Position numbers and translations under genes: made by a program. A stretch of DNA of 61,582 nt, filler included, from Choristocarpus tenellus KU-1152 (Eukaryota; Protista; Phaeophyceae): NCBI GenBank assembly GCA_964200185.2. It is 8 parts of 8 records of this genome, joined end to end, with 100 filler letters (N's around TTAATTAATTAA, not from the genome) between each part and the next. Parts side by side here need not be neighbours in the genome. Positions count along the whole stretch, not along the records: positions 20,315 to 26,029 come from CAXNAD020009927.1; positions 26,130 to 35,247 come from CAXNAD020003963.1; positions 35,348 to 43,751 come from CAXNAD020004753.1; 5 more parts are not named here. One strand, 5' to 3'. Shown piece by piece: positions 26,001-38,900 of the stretch. The notes under the pieces were generated by a model, which had not been told where the DNA came from, ran no database searches, and worked only from the letters and a program-made list of their open reading frames with translations. The stretch's first letter is position 1. The number at the start of each line of letters is the position of its first letter.

Positions 26001-26991
26001 AAGGCGACGACGGCACACGAGGCAGGCAGNNNNNNNNNNNNNNNNNNNNNNNNNNNNNNNNNNNNNNNNNNNNTTAATTAATTAANNNNNNNNNNNNNNN
26101 NNNNNNNNNNNNNNNNNNNNNNNNNNNNNCCGTCTTGCCCGGTGATTCTCTTCGCCACCCTTGCCTGAGTGAATCACGCCGCCACAGAATCACACGATTC
26201 ACAATATGCGCTAATTCTTCATTAGTGCGAGAGAGTCAAAACTTTGAATTGACTTCTTTTTCTTCATATACTTCCAGTTTTGTAGAATTATATATTATAG
26301 AGCATAACAAAAAGCTTTCGCTAAACCACATATGCGACAAACCCTACACTCCCTCACTCTGTTGACAACAAACCAATGGGTCTGGACGATATAGAGGAAC
26401 CGTTGTCGCAGTTCTTCAAGGGGATCACACCCATCGCACCGCAGATGTATGATGACGACCCGCCAGCTACTAGGGGATCTCACAAACAACGGGAATGAAG
26501 TCGTGGACTCGGGAGGGGCAGACCCCAGGACATCCCAATGGCAAGACCAGGCCTCCGTCGCAGCGAGACACACTCCAATGTGGCCTGTGCATTCTGTAAC
26601 TACCTGAAGGAGGGATTAGCGCCTGAAGACTAGGCATAGCGAAGCATATGGTCACCATATCCTTCCGAAATCACATATTTGCATCGAAATCAGAGAGACG
26701 TGGTGTTCACCAGTTCCAACATAGTTTCGAATCGGTGACGCACACGTCCTCCGATCAAGAGCAGAACGAAACCTATCGACGAAGTTCGTGTTCTCCGATA
26801 TATCCGATATGTATCGAAATCAAACGTTATTCATTCCTGTTTCTGTTTCCAATCCCAATCCTAGCACCTGCCCAACCAGAGCCCTGTGCCCTAAACCTGA
26901 CACCGTCTCTCACCCTTACACAATAATAAAATTATCGTGAGTCATGCTTCGCCCGTCCTTCATCTGCTCGCCTCATGTCATTTTTGCTACT

Positions 26992-27150
26992 TTACCGTTC
27001 GACAAAAGTATGGCAAAAATTGCGACTGTCCACATACCAACTTTTTTCAAGTCACACACCTCAAGTCAATTTCGCCATACTTACCGTACGACAAAGTGTG
27101 GCAAAAATTGCGACTGTCTGCACACTAACCTCTTCGAAGTCGCATGCTTC
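26992..27150 (+). repeat. Two-copy ~89-bp tandem repeat upstream of the transposase
   Basis: ttaccgt.cgacaaa(a)gt.tggcaaaaattgcgactgtc at 26992 and 27081. Confidence 0.7.
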
Positions 27151-28858
27151 TAAAACATCGTCAACTTACCACAAAACTCAATTGCGACCTCGTATCCCCT
27201 AGTATAGAGAAAGAGACGCATACGAAAGCGTGTGCATGCGGGGATATGTGTTGACCGGTCCGACATCACACGAAACATTCAGTATCCCAACCACCACAAA
27301 AACCATCGTACACATTTGTTTACTGTTCGACAGAACACGTCAAATGTAGTACATACATGAACCAATAGTGTCATAGGCGACTCCCACCATGCACTTGTCA
27401 ACTGTTTCCCAAACAAAAATTCAGATCAAAATACACACTCTACCGTGAGATAAACTACCCCATCCACTTCGTCCTACATGCTTCATCGTACGTTTTCGTA
27501 ACCTATTAGATGTGGCTCCTATTGACCGCGTGCGCGATGCACACCTTTTCAGGATATTCTGATCGTGGCGGTTTCGGTTATCAATGAATCAAACATACCC
27601 TTCTCCATGAAAGTGGGGTGTCATCCAACATGGCTGTACTCAGTATAACACTTCGTGACCAACCATTGTGCAAGCCCCTTCCCCCGTACAAATATGCAGC
27701 ACTATGTTCGCATCAAGACCATCTATCACAATTACCAAAGGGAAACAAACCCACCCAACACATACTGCAACCTCGTTTGGATCCCACTCAGGAAACGGGG
27801 ACTAAAGTGACTGCCCAAGACCAGTGCCGCCCGTTCGTGGAAGAAATCCAAAACGGACCAGATAATGGACCTCTTCCTCTCCATGTTTGTCAACCACGAT
27901 GGTTCAGAAGAGATGGAAGGAAGCGGCTGCACTTGGAACGACCTTGCTTCTTGGTTGTTGGATGAGAAAAGCAAATTTGCACCGTTGGCAAGCGTGCTGC
28001 AAGTTGTGTTGGCTTGGGAACAACGAGAGTCCACGCCTGATCTCCAGGTTTACGCATTCCTCGAATGTGTAAAGAAAGATTTTAGCACCGAGCTTATCCG
28101 CCAGGTATACAAATCCATCCTCGTTGGCATCACTCCTGATGTCGAAATAGGCGATGACGGGGTGACATCGATGTTCCAACCCCTTCTGTCCGTCACCGCA
28201 AGAAAATACGACATCAACTTCGAGACACCAACGTCATCCGCCAAAAACCGCACGGAATTCATGCGAGACATGCAGCGACAGGCGATCCCCTCCGCATCGG
28301 CTGTAGAAGATGCTGGGGGATTGTTTCCCAGCTCCGACACATACACCCCTTGCTACTTTACTCAAGGCACCACCCACAGGTATGGAAGTTCGTTTTCAGC
28401 AACCATTAACGGTGTGACACACACAACTTGGCCCCCGGACGAACACATCCACTGTATGTCCAAAACCATTTCATCACTAACAGGGATACTCGGATGATCA
28501 CTCATATCCTGGTGCACAACCGACACATGCCCCACATTTCCCATCGTTACCTCAGACAGAACAGCAGACCAAGGGTGTTCGACGTGAGAAGGGACAGCTC
28601 CTAACGCACATGGTTTCCAAAAGTAGAATGATATTCTAATCTTTACACCAACAAATACAGATACAAACCACATCTTTCATTGATCTAATACGTTTCAAAG
28701 GTACGAAACGAAAAGGTCACAAAAACCTTTTACTCTGTCTCTTTTCAATATGTAATCGTATGCTGTTCGATATTCCTTTTCTCATATAACACAATTGTCA
28801 ACAGAAAGAGAAATCGCCTAAACTCAAGAACCACTTTTTGTCGTCTCTAGTATTTTTA

Positions 28859-28971
28859 GAGCCAAGGTATATTCTTACAGGGTAGAGCCGCGTCCATTTG
28901 GGGGTCAATATACAATGTTGTGATTTTGATGTAACTTTAGCTATCGTGTACCCTCTAAGATAGTCTCACTC
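28859..28971 (-). mobile_element. MITE family A, internally deleted 113-bp copy
   Basis: Termini gagccaaggtat.../...taagatagtctcactc. Perfect 4-bp TSD TTTA (28855-58 and 28972-75). Confidence 0.8.
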
Positions 28972-30070
28972 TTTAAGAATACAAATGTCCAACAATTTCA
29001 GATTTTGTATCTAAAAACATTGGAGGGTGCCATTGTTTTTTTGACCTTTTGGTTTCTGGACATTGGAAACGTACAAGATCAATTAAGTATGTCCTACTAC
29101 CACCTTCGGCATGGATTCCCATTCAAAAAGTGGCCCTTAAAAGTGCTGCAACATTTACAAAAAAAACATATCGGCACTTTTTCCGCACCATTTTCGGTCA
29201 AAACCATCCTCAATAGTACGCTCCATCCTCAATTTTTAAAATCCAGATGAGGATGTCTACGCCAACTTCAGGGAGAGATTCGAACAGGAGGGTACCTCAG
29301 GATCAATACCCTGTCTGTCGACATTCGTGAAGTAGTGGAGGCCGTTCTACACCTCAAGGGCCACGCCAAGGTATGTGGGGAAACAGTCTTTCGATTTTTA
29401 GGGCATACGCTACAGTGACGACTGGGCAACTCTATGTTTCGTAACCGCCACAGGATACCCAGTCACGTACTGTATCATCAGTGTCCACACACAAGGGATG
29501 CTAACCCACCGTATCCCTCTTCCACGCAACACAGATTGTGCGTTTGCATTCACCATATGACCACCGATCTCCAGGTTCAGTGCCTAAGAGAGAACTGGAA
29601 GAAAGTACATGCAAGTAGTACGGGCTTTAGCGACGATGGACAATGCACTTGCGCATGCACATGCGCATTCTGCAACAAAGGCAAAGGATGCGGGTCTAAT
29701 GAAGTGGAGACCACACTCGAAAGTGGTGCTCATCTGATGGCTTTTCTCTTGTAAGTTTGTCTTCCAAACCACACCTGCGATGTGGCGAATGTGTTGTCAC
29801 AACAAGCGCTGGAATGGTATCCAAAATAATGAAACCACTGTAGATACACACCAACGTACTCACCCCCAAACCGTTTCACTACGTCCTCTACATATACGGC
29901 AGTTTCAGCCGGACTCCACTAGTGACGTTCGATCCGCTACTCAAACCTCTACACTGACAACAAAAACAGCTGTGGACTAATCAAAACAAAACAGATGCGA
30001 GAGGACCGTGCTGGAGCCCCTCAGCGAACCGTCCTCTGGCGGTTCCTTGGGCAGTTTCAAAAATACCTGT

Positions 30071-30332
30071 GAGTGAAAGTATCTTAGAGGGTACGAGTTT
30101 TGCCCTGTTTGTCCGTTTGGGTCTTGGCTTTCCATGGATTTGTTTATGACATTTTTCTACTCCAAAATATTTTTGAGTAGGCAAAATGTGTATGTTATAG
30201 AAAGGTTATGTCCGGAACAAGGATATTGACACTTCCTAACAAACACAATAGCCCAAACTACATCATAATCAGAACATTAGATTGTGGCCCCCCCAAATAG
30301 ATGCGGCCCTGCCCTCTAAGACCCTTTGGCTC
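30071..30332 (+). mobile_element. MITE family A, full 262-bp copy inserted in a transposase exon
   Basis: TIRs gagtgaaagtatcttagagggta / gccctctaagaccctttggctc. TSD CTGT (30067-70 and 30333-36). Confidence 0.9.
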
Positions 30333-32139
30333 CTGTGTCGACGGTACATGTGATAGATGTGACTGGAAATCTCATCCCATGTGGAAGTGCCCTTGTGTGT
30401 TAGACTCTCACAGCACCCGTGTCACATGGAACAAGCTCGTCCATGCGTACACCCCGGTGGTGGAGGTGGATCTGCAACAAAAGACTTGCCAGGAAATAAA
30501 GGTGGGCCTTATCCAAACACTCACCAACCAGTTACATCTTGAAGACGAACCTGTCCGGTTCCACCCTCACGCTGGGCCCAGGACTGACGCAGCAACTGGC
30601 CCTACCAATCAACCATATCCCCGTGTAAACATCCAGACCACACACCCCATGCTGCAATAAATCTCTATATCCGTCTACACTGCCACACAGGCGCTGTCGT
30701 CTAGACTTGGCATCGCCACCCCAAATAGGACCACCAAAGATGACATAATCCAGATGATCAAGGCAAAATATGCGGAGCTGAGGGCGGACAATCTCATGAC
30801 GGACGATTTGATTATCGCTAAGTGCATGGTGGGAGAGTCTGTTCGTAGATAGTGATTTCTAACATTGTTCATCTACATCAAGCTGTTCTTTGTCCTTCAT
30901 TAAAGCACCATCTAAAAGCCGCGGGTCCAGTGTGGGATAGTTCAACAGAGTCCGCCTCCGACCTCATGAGGAACAGGACCGAGGAGAACGATGACAAAGA
31001 CGCCACAGAGTCTACGGACAAACACAGCCGGAGGCGAAAGGTGAGCGACAGTTTCATTCCACTAATAATTACAATGTACATTAAATGTGCCACACGGCGT
31101 ATTGGTCAAACAACGAGCAGATACTCCTTCCCATAGCACCGTACATAATCGGTTACACCACAACTAAGCCTGAATCACCACAACCTATCACCAGCAACAA
31201 CGCTCGATACGCGAACACCTGACCCGTTCAATGCAGATGCTGTTCCCAAGGACGGAGGGATTCCCTACACTCCTAAAAGTCATATTTGCAAACTTCGACA
31301 AGAGCTTCTTCCTTCATCACAACACCACTATTTGGCAAGGCGCAACAATACAAACACTGCAAATCCCGCCTCCCCAAAGGCGATGCCGCCATGTCCATGG
31401 ACTTCAGCGCCCACCTGCAACACAACCACCAAGACTTGACACAACAAGAGTTCTTCAATCTATTCCTTACGGCGCTTCTGACCATTGTCTGGTGGTTGGT
31501 GGATTTCAGAGAAGAGGGAAACCTTAGGAAGGTATAGGTTTGGGCTCACAGTATGACGGTGTGCGGTGAAGACCGAAGCCAAGACAATGAGTTCGTCCAG
31601 AACGCCGTGGAGATGTTTGTGAAAGATCACCTAATACCTCTAGCCAGTGAATACGGACAGACTCAGGAGGTCCTGCACATCTGGTCCGATGGCTGCGAGA
31701 ACCAATTCAAGAACAGATGGCAGATGTGGTGGGTTTCTCATTCTTTAGCGTGGATGGGAATTTCCGTGGTACACAACTTCTTTGCCTCCTGTCACAGCAA
31801 GTCCTTGTTCGATGGAGTCGGTGCTGTGGTGAAGTCAGCTGCCAGGAGACTGGAACTACACGAGGTGTGCATGCTGGGAACCTCATCCCTAGTGGATACA
31901 ATCAAGGCAACCAAAACTCAGTACACCTTGAGGGATCTGACACCAGAGGAAGAGTGGCACTACCGCAAAGGTCATAAGGTTCCTCCCGGGCAGACAATCG
32001 TCACAAAGGTAGGCACACTCCACACGACGACCCCCCCCCCCCTCCACTCACAACGTTCGGCCTCTGTTTGCCACGGGCGACAACCACAACATGTACACCC
32101 CTTGCCCACATATATAACAATCACTCAACACGTACCGTT

Positions 32140-33030
32140 CGAACTTATGCCACATCCGTCACTCCCTTCATGTCGACACGATGCGTAGCATCAATATAAT
32201 ACAATGCACGTATGAAATGACTGCATAGATGTTCTATAAACTGTACACACTTACAAACATCGCCGCATTTTTTGTACGAGTCTGCCAATTGGTAAACTCG
32301 CGCAATATTCCAAGTTCCTCTTTTCTTTCCAGTGCCAACGTCGACCATATACTCATCGCTTGTTGCAGGAATATATACCACATACGCCACATGTATGATT
32401 CTCCCCGCTCCCTGGACCTGATCCCTCCTTGCCACTTGCATCAGTCTGCACCCTCCCACCCCTTGATAACCCACACACTAAACACGCAATAGATATCGTT
32501 AACCCATTATGTCACATCTGCACCTTCCCTCGCATCGACACCACAAATCACATGATAATCGCACATATGCATTTATTAATCGACCGCACACCGTCCGTGC
32601 ACACTTGCAACCATCACCCTCCATTTAGAATGAGTCTGCCAATCGGTAAACTAACCAACAACTCCAAGTTTTTGTTTCCTTTCACGTCACAATGTCGGCA
32701 ATATATCCATCGCTTGCTGCAGGAATAGATATCACATGTACCACGTGTATGACGTACCCCACTAACAATAATTAATCCCTCTTTGCAACTCACGACACTC
32801 TACACCCTCCCGCCCCTTGCTAACCCATATATTCCACCAAGGCAATAGATTTCGTCGACCTGTTATGTCACATCCGTGCCTTCCCTTCATGTCGACAACA
32901 TGAATCACAGTATGATCGCTCATACGCACCTCTTAATCGACCGTACAAAGTCCGTGCACACTTGCAACCATCACCCTCTATTTTTCAGAAGTCTGCCAAT
33001 CGGCAAACTAGCCAAAAACTCCAAGTTTTG
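32140..33030 (+). repeat. Degenerate ~360-bp tandem repeat (~2.5 copies) in a transposase intron
   Basis: ttatg.cacatc.g..(c)..ccct...(t)gtcgaca recurs at ~32145, ~32507 and ~32863. gtctgccaat.gg.aaact recurs at ~32280, ~32634 and ~32991. Confidence 0.75.
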
Positions 33031-35182
33031 AGTTTCATCATACACTGCTATCCATCGTTACCAAATACTCCTTACAGCGATAGGTATTACTTATCACTGC
33101 AAAGAAAATGCAATCACACAGAATCGGTCACAGCACACTGCCTCGGTGCCGACACTAACTCCAACATGTACCGCCCCTCCCCTTATACGCACAATCACCA
33201 CAACCCTTAGGATTGGACGGACAGGGACGGCAGACAGCACAGTAACGCGTTTATACAAAATTTCTATACATCGACACGTTCCGCACACAGGAGATAGTCC
33301 ACCTTCCGTCTTACAAGATCGACCGTGTGGGACAACACGACCCACGTGTCCCAAACCTCAGTGGAATCAAGTCCATACACAGGTTCTTCACTGGTCGGCT
33401 CACATTCGGAGGCTCCTGTGCATTGATATACATCGAACTGTCGTGCTACTGCACGAACTGTTCCATCGGCAACCTGACCCAATGCAGGTGGCAACTCACC
33501 CACGTGCCCCCACACAAGGAGATAGATCTCGGATTTTCCACGGAAGCGGGAACGGGTGATATCTATCTGAGAAGTCAGCTGTCGAGGAAGACGAGACAGA
33601 TGGCCGAGGGGAACATATACATTGTACGGACGCAGCCATCGGAGTACAATGGTATAGAGTTCTTGCCGTTCACTGTCCACCGCAAGGACACGATTCAATG
33701 GAACGCCAGACACCACTCCAGCTACGGAGGGATGTTCAGTGCTGAAGATGAGGTCGTCTTTGTCACAGAAGACTTCGAAGTGCTGAGTGCTAGCTTCGTT
33801 GATGGAGTGCCAACTATTCACATGTCACGGACGGAAGGTGAGTAACGCTTCTTATAACTTCTAAGGGAACAATGCCCCACACGAATGATTCCACCCTGTC
33901 CATATACAGATACAAATGTCACATATCCCCTAATATTCCCTCTAACCAACATGGATTCCTCCCATAACGTCCAATCCTGACATCCAAATCAGTGGCATTT
34001 TGTTCTCCCAATCTGTAACAGCCACTGACACCTTTCACATAATATTTCACAACTTACGTAGGGCAAATAAGCGCATCTCATCCGTTCATTCCGCTGCCTA
34101 AGTGTATCCTCTATCATAAAACTAGTTTCTTTAAAAAATCAACGGACAACAACAACACCCATGTAGAATCAAACCAGGCCATATAACGCGAACACATTCG
34201 AGTGGTCCTACACACCAACTCAGCCCCCGCAATGAATATGTTTGTGGTGATGCAGGACGCACAACCGGGTCCCCGCGTCATGCCCCTTCAGGCTACCATC
34301 ATCCCAGACTTCACAGACATCGAACACAACCACCTGGATAACACGTTCATGATCCTGCCTGGTCAATACCAGAGGTTCAACTCGGAATCTAACCGTCAAT
34401 CTCTCGGTGGGACAACTGCTCGCTTCTCTAGGCAACTCAGACTTGGGGACACATCCAACGCCAGGTTCGTCCGAGGAACCAGCTTCATCCTACGTGCGTG
34501 TGGGGGGGCCATCGTACAGGGGAAGGTCGGCGATGTTCACATAAATAGTTCAGGGGCGTACATTTACTCTGTGTCCTATCTCCCAGACGATGGCGAAAAA
34601 CCTTTACCCCTCAACTGGGGTCGTGCATGACAGAGGACGAGATCGAGGAGGGTGTCAACCAACTTTGAGAGAAGAACAAGAGGGACAGTGACGAGGCTGC
34701 AGCTCTGTGTGTCAGACAACGGAGTCGGTCGATTGTTGACCGCCGGCGGAAGCGTAGGGATATGGACAAGGATATATAGAAATATGTACTTCCTTGAACG
34801 GACAATGAGTCATGTGCCGGATATAGATGGGGGAGAAACACGCAATGCCAGAGTCAAGGGCAGGGGACTATACTTCAGATGAGACGATCAGCAGATGCAA
34901 GGGATCGTGACCAAGTACCAGCCCCACTACACCGTGAAAGTTGGAGAGGAGCAAGTCAGCTACCCCTACGAGGTCAAATAGGAGAATGGAGACTTGCGAA
35001 ATATGCAACCTCTTCTCCAACACTGCAGTATTGACCAAGACGCTCCTACACGAGCCTGGTTCTGGACAAGTCCTACACTGCCACCATACTGACGACAGAC
35101 ACGGCTTTAAGGAGCAACGGGCCAATTTCTGATCGTGAGTCACCCTCTACTTCGCCAGTCCGACACATTCCTCGACAGATAT

Positions 35183-35247
35183 GGGTCAAAGTATCTAGGG
35201 GGGGGGTATCGGCGTCCATTTTCACCCATTTTTCGATTTTCACTTTT
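35183..35247 (+). mobile_element. Left end of a related MITE running into a gap
   Basis: gggtcaaagtatcta-G run-...cgtccattt, the same terminal architecture as families A and B. Confidence 0.6.
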
Positions 35248-35611
35248 NNNNNNNNNNNNNNNNNNNNNNNNNNNNNNNNNNNNNNNNNNNNTTAATTAAT
35301 TAANNNNNNNNNNNNNNNNNNNNNNNNNNNNNNNNNNNNNNNNNNNNTTTTTTTTTTTTTTTTTTTTTTTTTTGTGTTTGGGGGGTATTTGTTTTGGTAA
35401 GTTGGGGGGTTGTTTTGTTCCTCTGAAGACTCCGGTCTGTGGCAACAATGATGCTTCTGGTAGAGAGAGAGAGAGGGTTGTGACCGGTTGAGTAAGCCAT
35501 CCTTTGTATGTGTGAGTCGTATGCATTTGTGCTAGCTTTATGGTGTAGCGATGTTGTCTAGTACTAACCCTAACCCTCACTTCTTCCTGCAGTCTCACAG
35601 GAGACAACAGG

Positions 35612-35884
35612 GTGTGAAAGTATCTTAGAGGGTTAGGGTTTTGCCCTGTTTGTCCGTTTGGGGCTTTTGGCTTCCCATGGGGTTTTTTGTGACATTTTCC
35701 TACTCTGAAATGGTTCAGAGGAGGTAAAAAGGTATACCTTATGAAAAGGTGTGTCCGGAACAAGGATATTGACACTTCCTAACTAACACAATAGCAAGAA
35801 TTACATCAAAATCGCAACATGTTACATTGGATTTTGGTCCCCTAACGGACGCGGCTCTACCCTAACCCTAAGATACTTTGACTC
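35612..35884 (+). mobile_element. MITE family A copy with telomeric repeats in both TIRs
   Basis: Colinear with the 30071-30332 copy. Termini gtgtgaaagtatcttagagggttagggtt / taccctaaccctaagatactttgactc. No clean TSD. Confidence 0.85.
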
Positions 35885-35940
35885 GCAGATTGCTTTTGCA
35901 TCTAGCCCTAACCCTGACCTGTGGGGATGATGTTTGTCAG

Positions 35941-38900
35941 GACCTACTTGAGAAGGGGACTAGGGCGTTCATAGCATTTGTTAGGGCGTATAAGGAGCAT
36001 CAGTGTCAGTTCATATTCAGGTGTGTCATTTTGTATCGGTCTATCAGTGTCGGTTCATATTCAGGTGTGACATGTTGTATCGATCTATCAGTGTCAGTTC
36101 ATATTCAGGTGTGACATGTTGTATCGGTCTATCAGTGTCGGTTCATATTCAGGTGTGACATGTTGTATCGATCTATCAGTGTCAGTTCATATTCAGGTGT
36201 GACATGTTGTATCGGTCTATCAGTGTCAGTTCATATTCAGGTGTGACATATTGTATCGGTCTATCAGTGTCAGTTCATATTCAGGTGTGACATATTGTAT
36301 CGATCTATTAGTGTCAGTTCATATTCAGGTGTAACGTGTTGTATCGGTCTATCAGTGTCAGTTCATATTCAGGTGTAACATGTTGTATCGGTCTATCAGT
36401 GTCAGTTCATATTCAGGTGTGACATTTTGTATCGGTCTATCAGTGTCAGTTCATATTCAGGTGTGACATGTTGTATCGGTCTATCAGTGTCAGTCCACCT
36501 CACCTCATCTCTTTCTCGCTCTCTCTAGTGATGTCAGCACAGTATAAATTATTAGTATTATTTTTTTAAGTGCAGTGTAGTAATTTTTTGCTATTTTATT
36601 GATTTTATTTGCTTCTGAAAGGTTCTGGCGAAAGAATGGATTTTTTCCAGAGGTGAGAATGAATGTAAGTATCACATTTTTTTCTATTTTCCAAGGCAAT
36701 TTTTTTTTTTACTAACCCTAACCCTGACGTAAGACAGAACAGTAGTGACAACCTGTACTAGCTATAGTACAATACACTACCACACCATAAGTCAGTGTGT
36801 GTGTGTCTGTATCACCAACAGGTTCCTTGTGAAGAGGAGTTAGACACCCTGTTAGATTGTTAGATATTTCAATGCCAGTAATCCACGAACCCTAACCCTG
36901 GCAATAGTTGAAAGAGAGGGGTCTTGCCCACAGTGGGTATTCAATACAACGGTACGATCTGATTGGTCAACACAACATCACAAAGGCATATTGACACCTG
37001 TGTGCGTCTTCAGCACAACTTCACCCCTCCGCTATGTATACGAACTCCCTTCTAGCAAGTGTACACATCGCTGCGGTTGTTCCACATACGTACTGCTTTT
37101 TGAGATGTTTTTGTAAGTGTGACAATCTGTCTCATTTGCTATATATATATATATATATATAGTAATCGAGGTGTAGCACCCTGGATCGATCGATCGTCTC
37201 GCCTACTCAAAGACATCTCTTCTGAACTGTGTTGAATTGCTCAAGGACAGCCTTTCTGGGGCGAGATGGAGGTTGCTTTTGATTCTGTAGTCACTTCTTA
37301 GACACACTGTTGTTGAGATTATATACCTTCAAAACCAAATTAATGTAGGTGAGCGGGGTTCCTTGCCTTCCTGTGGTGGTGTAGTTGTTGTTTTTTTGTT
37401 TGAAAATGGCAAGGTGTGAGACGTATCGATTTCTCTATACTGCATATAATATATCGATAAATGGTACGTTTTGATTTTTTATCTCTTTGAGTGTCTACAG
37501 AGATAGAAGGAAAAAGGGGTTGTATGGAAATGCAGAGTAAAGTTCTTGGAAATTGTGTTTTATTTATTTAATTACATTTATTATTTTTATAATACAGTCT
37601 CTTAGAGTACGTACGGAGATTTATATGGAGTAAAGTTCTTCGAAATTGTGTTTTATTTATTTATTTACATTGTATTATTTTTATAATACAATCTCTTAGA
37701 GTACGTACGGAGATGGGAGGGAAGAGGGGAGGAATGATGATGATTCTCTTACTTCTTGGGGGGGGGGGTACTTTTGTCTGTACAACGGTGTGCTGCAGGT
37801 AGGAGAAGAAACTATGTACAATTATTATTTTATTGTTTTTCACTGCTGAATGCTATGCTTAGGGTTAGGGTTACAAATGTGTAGTTTTGTATGGCATGTA
37901 GCATGTATGTAGGCCTGCTGGTTGGAAGAGGGACCGTTGTGTACTGTATTCACCATTTTAGTAGGAGAGACAAGGGGTGTGGACTGCCTTGATTGAAATG
38001 GAAAGTGTCTTCAATGCGTCGATTGGATGATCATGTTCCGTGTCTATTAAAGAAAGCAACATACAGGGAACAACTTTGCATGATATTGTAGTGGACTAAT
38101 TGGTTGTATCTATGGAAGAAGGGCAGCATTTACACCATTGACATAGCTTCAGAATGATAGTGAGCCAATCGGACGCACTCCTGAAATACGAAGAAGCATG
38201 TGCACCAATGAATTTTCGCAGAATGATGATGACCCAATCAGACGCATCCCCATGAATAGAAGCAGCATCTTTCCACCAATTGAATGTTCTCAAACTACAA
38301 TCAATTTATCCCCCACTCCCACTGTAAAAAAGGTTTAATGAACTGGACCTTGGCCTCCTGGCTCGGTCTTTTGCGCTGCTGAGATTACCCAAGATGGCAG
38401 AGCTGTCTGACCCGAAGGTTGCAAGGAGCTTTGATCGGGAATGCGACTTGGACATATCTTCCATCAGGTGTGTGCACTCATCTCCTGTCATCTACTGGAA
38501 TGATACTTTGTAGGAATTGGACTTATTTTGATGTTGGTATCTGGGTTAGGGTTAGGGTTGACTATGATAGGAAGGGCTTGTCATTTCCCTTCTTGGGATG
38601 GGATTTGATCGAGTCTTGAAAACCCTAACCCTATGTTTGGATGGTTTCTGTTTGGTCTGCCTCCTGTTGATTTCAAGAGTTTTTTTTTTTGTTGGAAAGG
38701 TACGTCTTTTCTTTAATCATTTCCTGTTTTTTCAGTGTTCTCAGCAGAAAAAAATGACATTTTCTCCATCACTTTTAAAAATCCAAATCTGAGCAGTATT
38801 ATTATTATTATTTTGTGCGAAATGTTCTGATCAACTTTATCTCTTAATTTTTGTACTCTTACTCATGCCTTGTTTCTTTGCTGCCGCAATGGTCATAGCT

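Larger units (their letters stand above)
27790..35130 (+). pseudogene. Decayed, intron-containing Sola2-like DDD transposase gene
   Basis: Approximate exons: ~27790-28290, 29248-29371 (VYANF..STFVK*WRPF), 29535-29750 (LCVCIHH), 29995-30070 plus 30337-30501 (CVDGTCDRC), ~30691-31040, ~31238-32008 (FLHH..WQ, MDFSAH, HIWSDGCENQFKN, HNFFASCHSKSLFDGVGAVVK), ~33300-33837 (SGIKSIHRF..SCYCTNC..GNLTQC) and 34167-35130. There are in-frame stops, a frameshift near 31342 and a MITE insertion. Superfamily assignment is from remembered motifs. Confidence 0.75.

Noticed and set aside
35183-35247. Right TIR of the Sola2-like autonomous element
   Set aside because: Its orientation is that of a left end pointing away from the transposase, so it begins a separate insertion.
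35999-36494. CRISPR-like regular array
   Set aside because: The units are contiguous near-identical copies with no unique spacers, there are no cas genes, and the array sits in a eukaryotic exon-intron junction.
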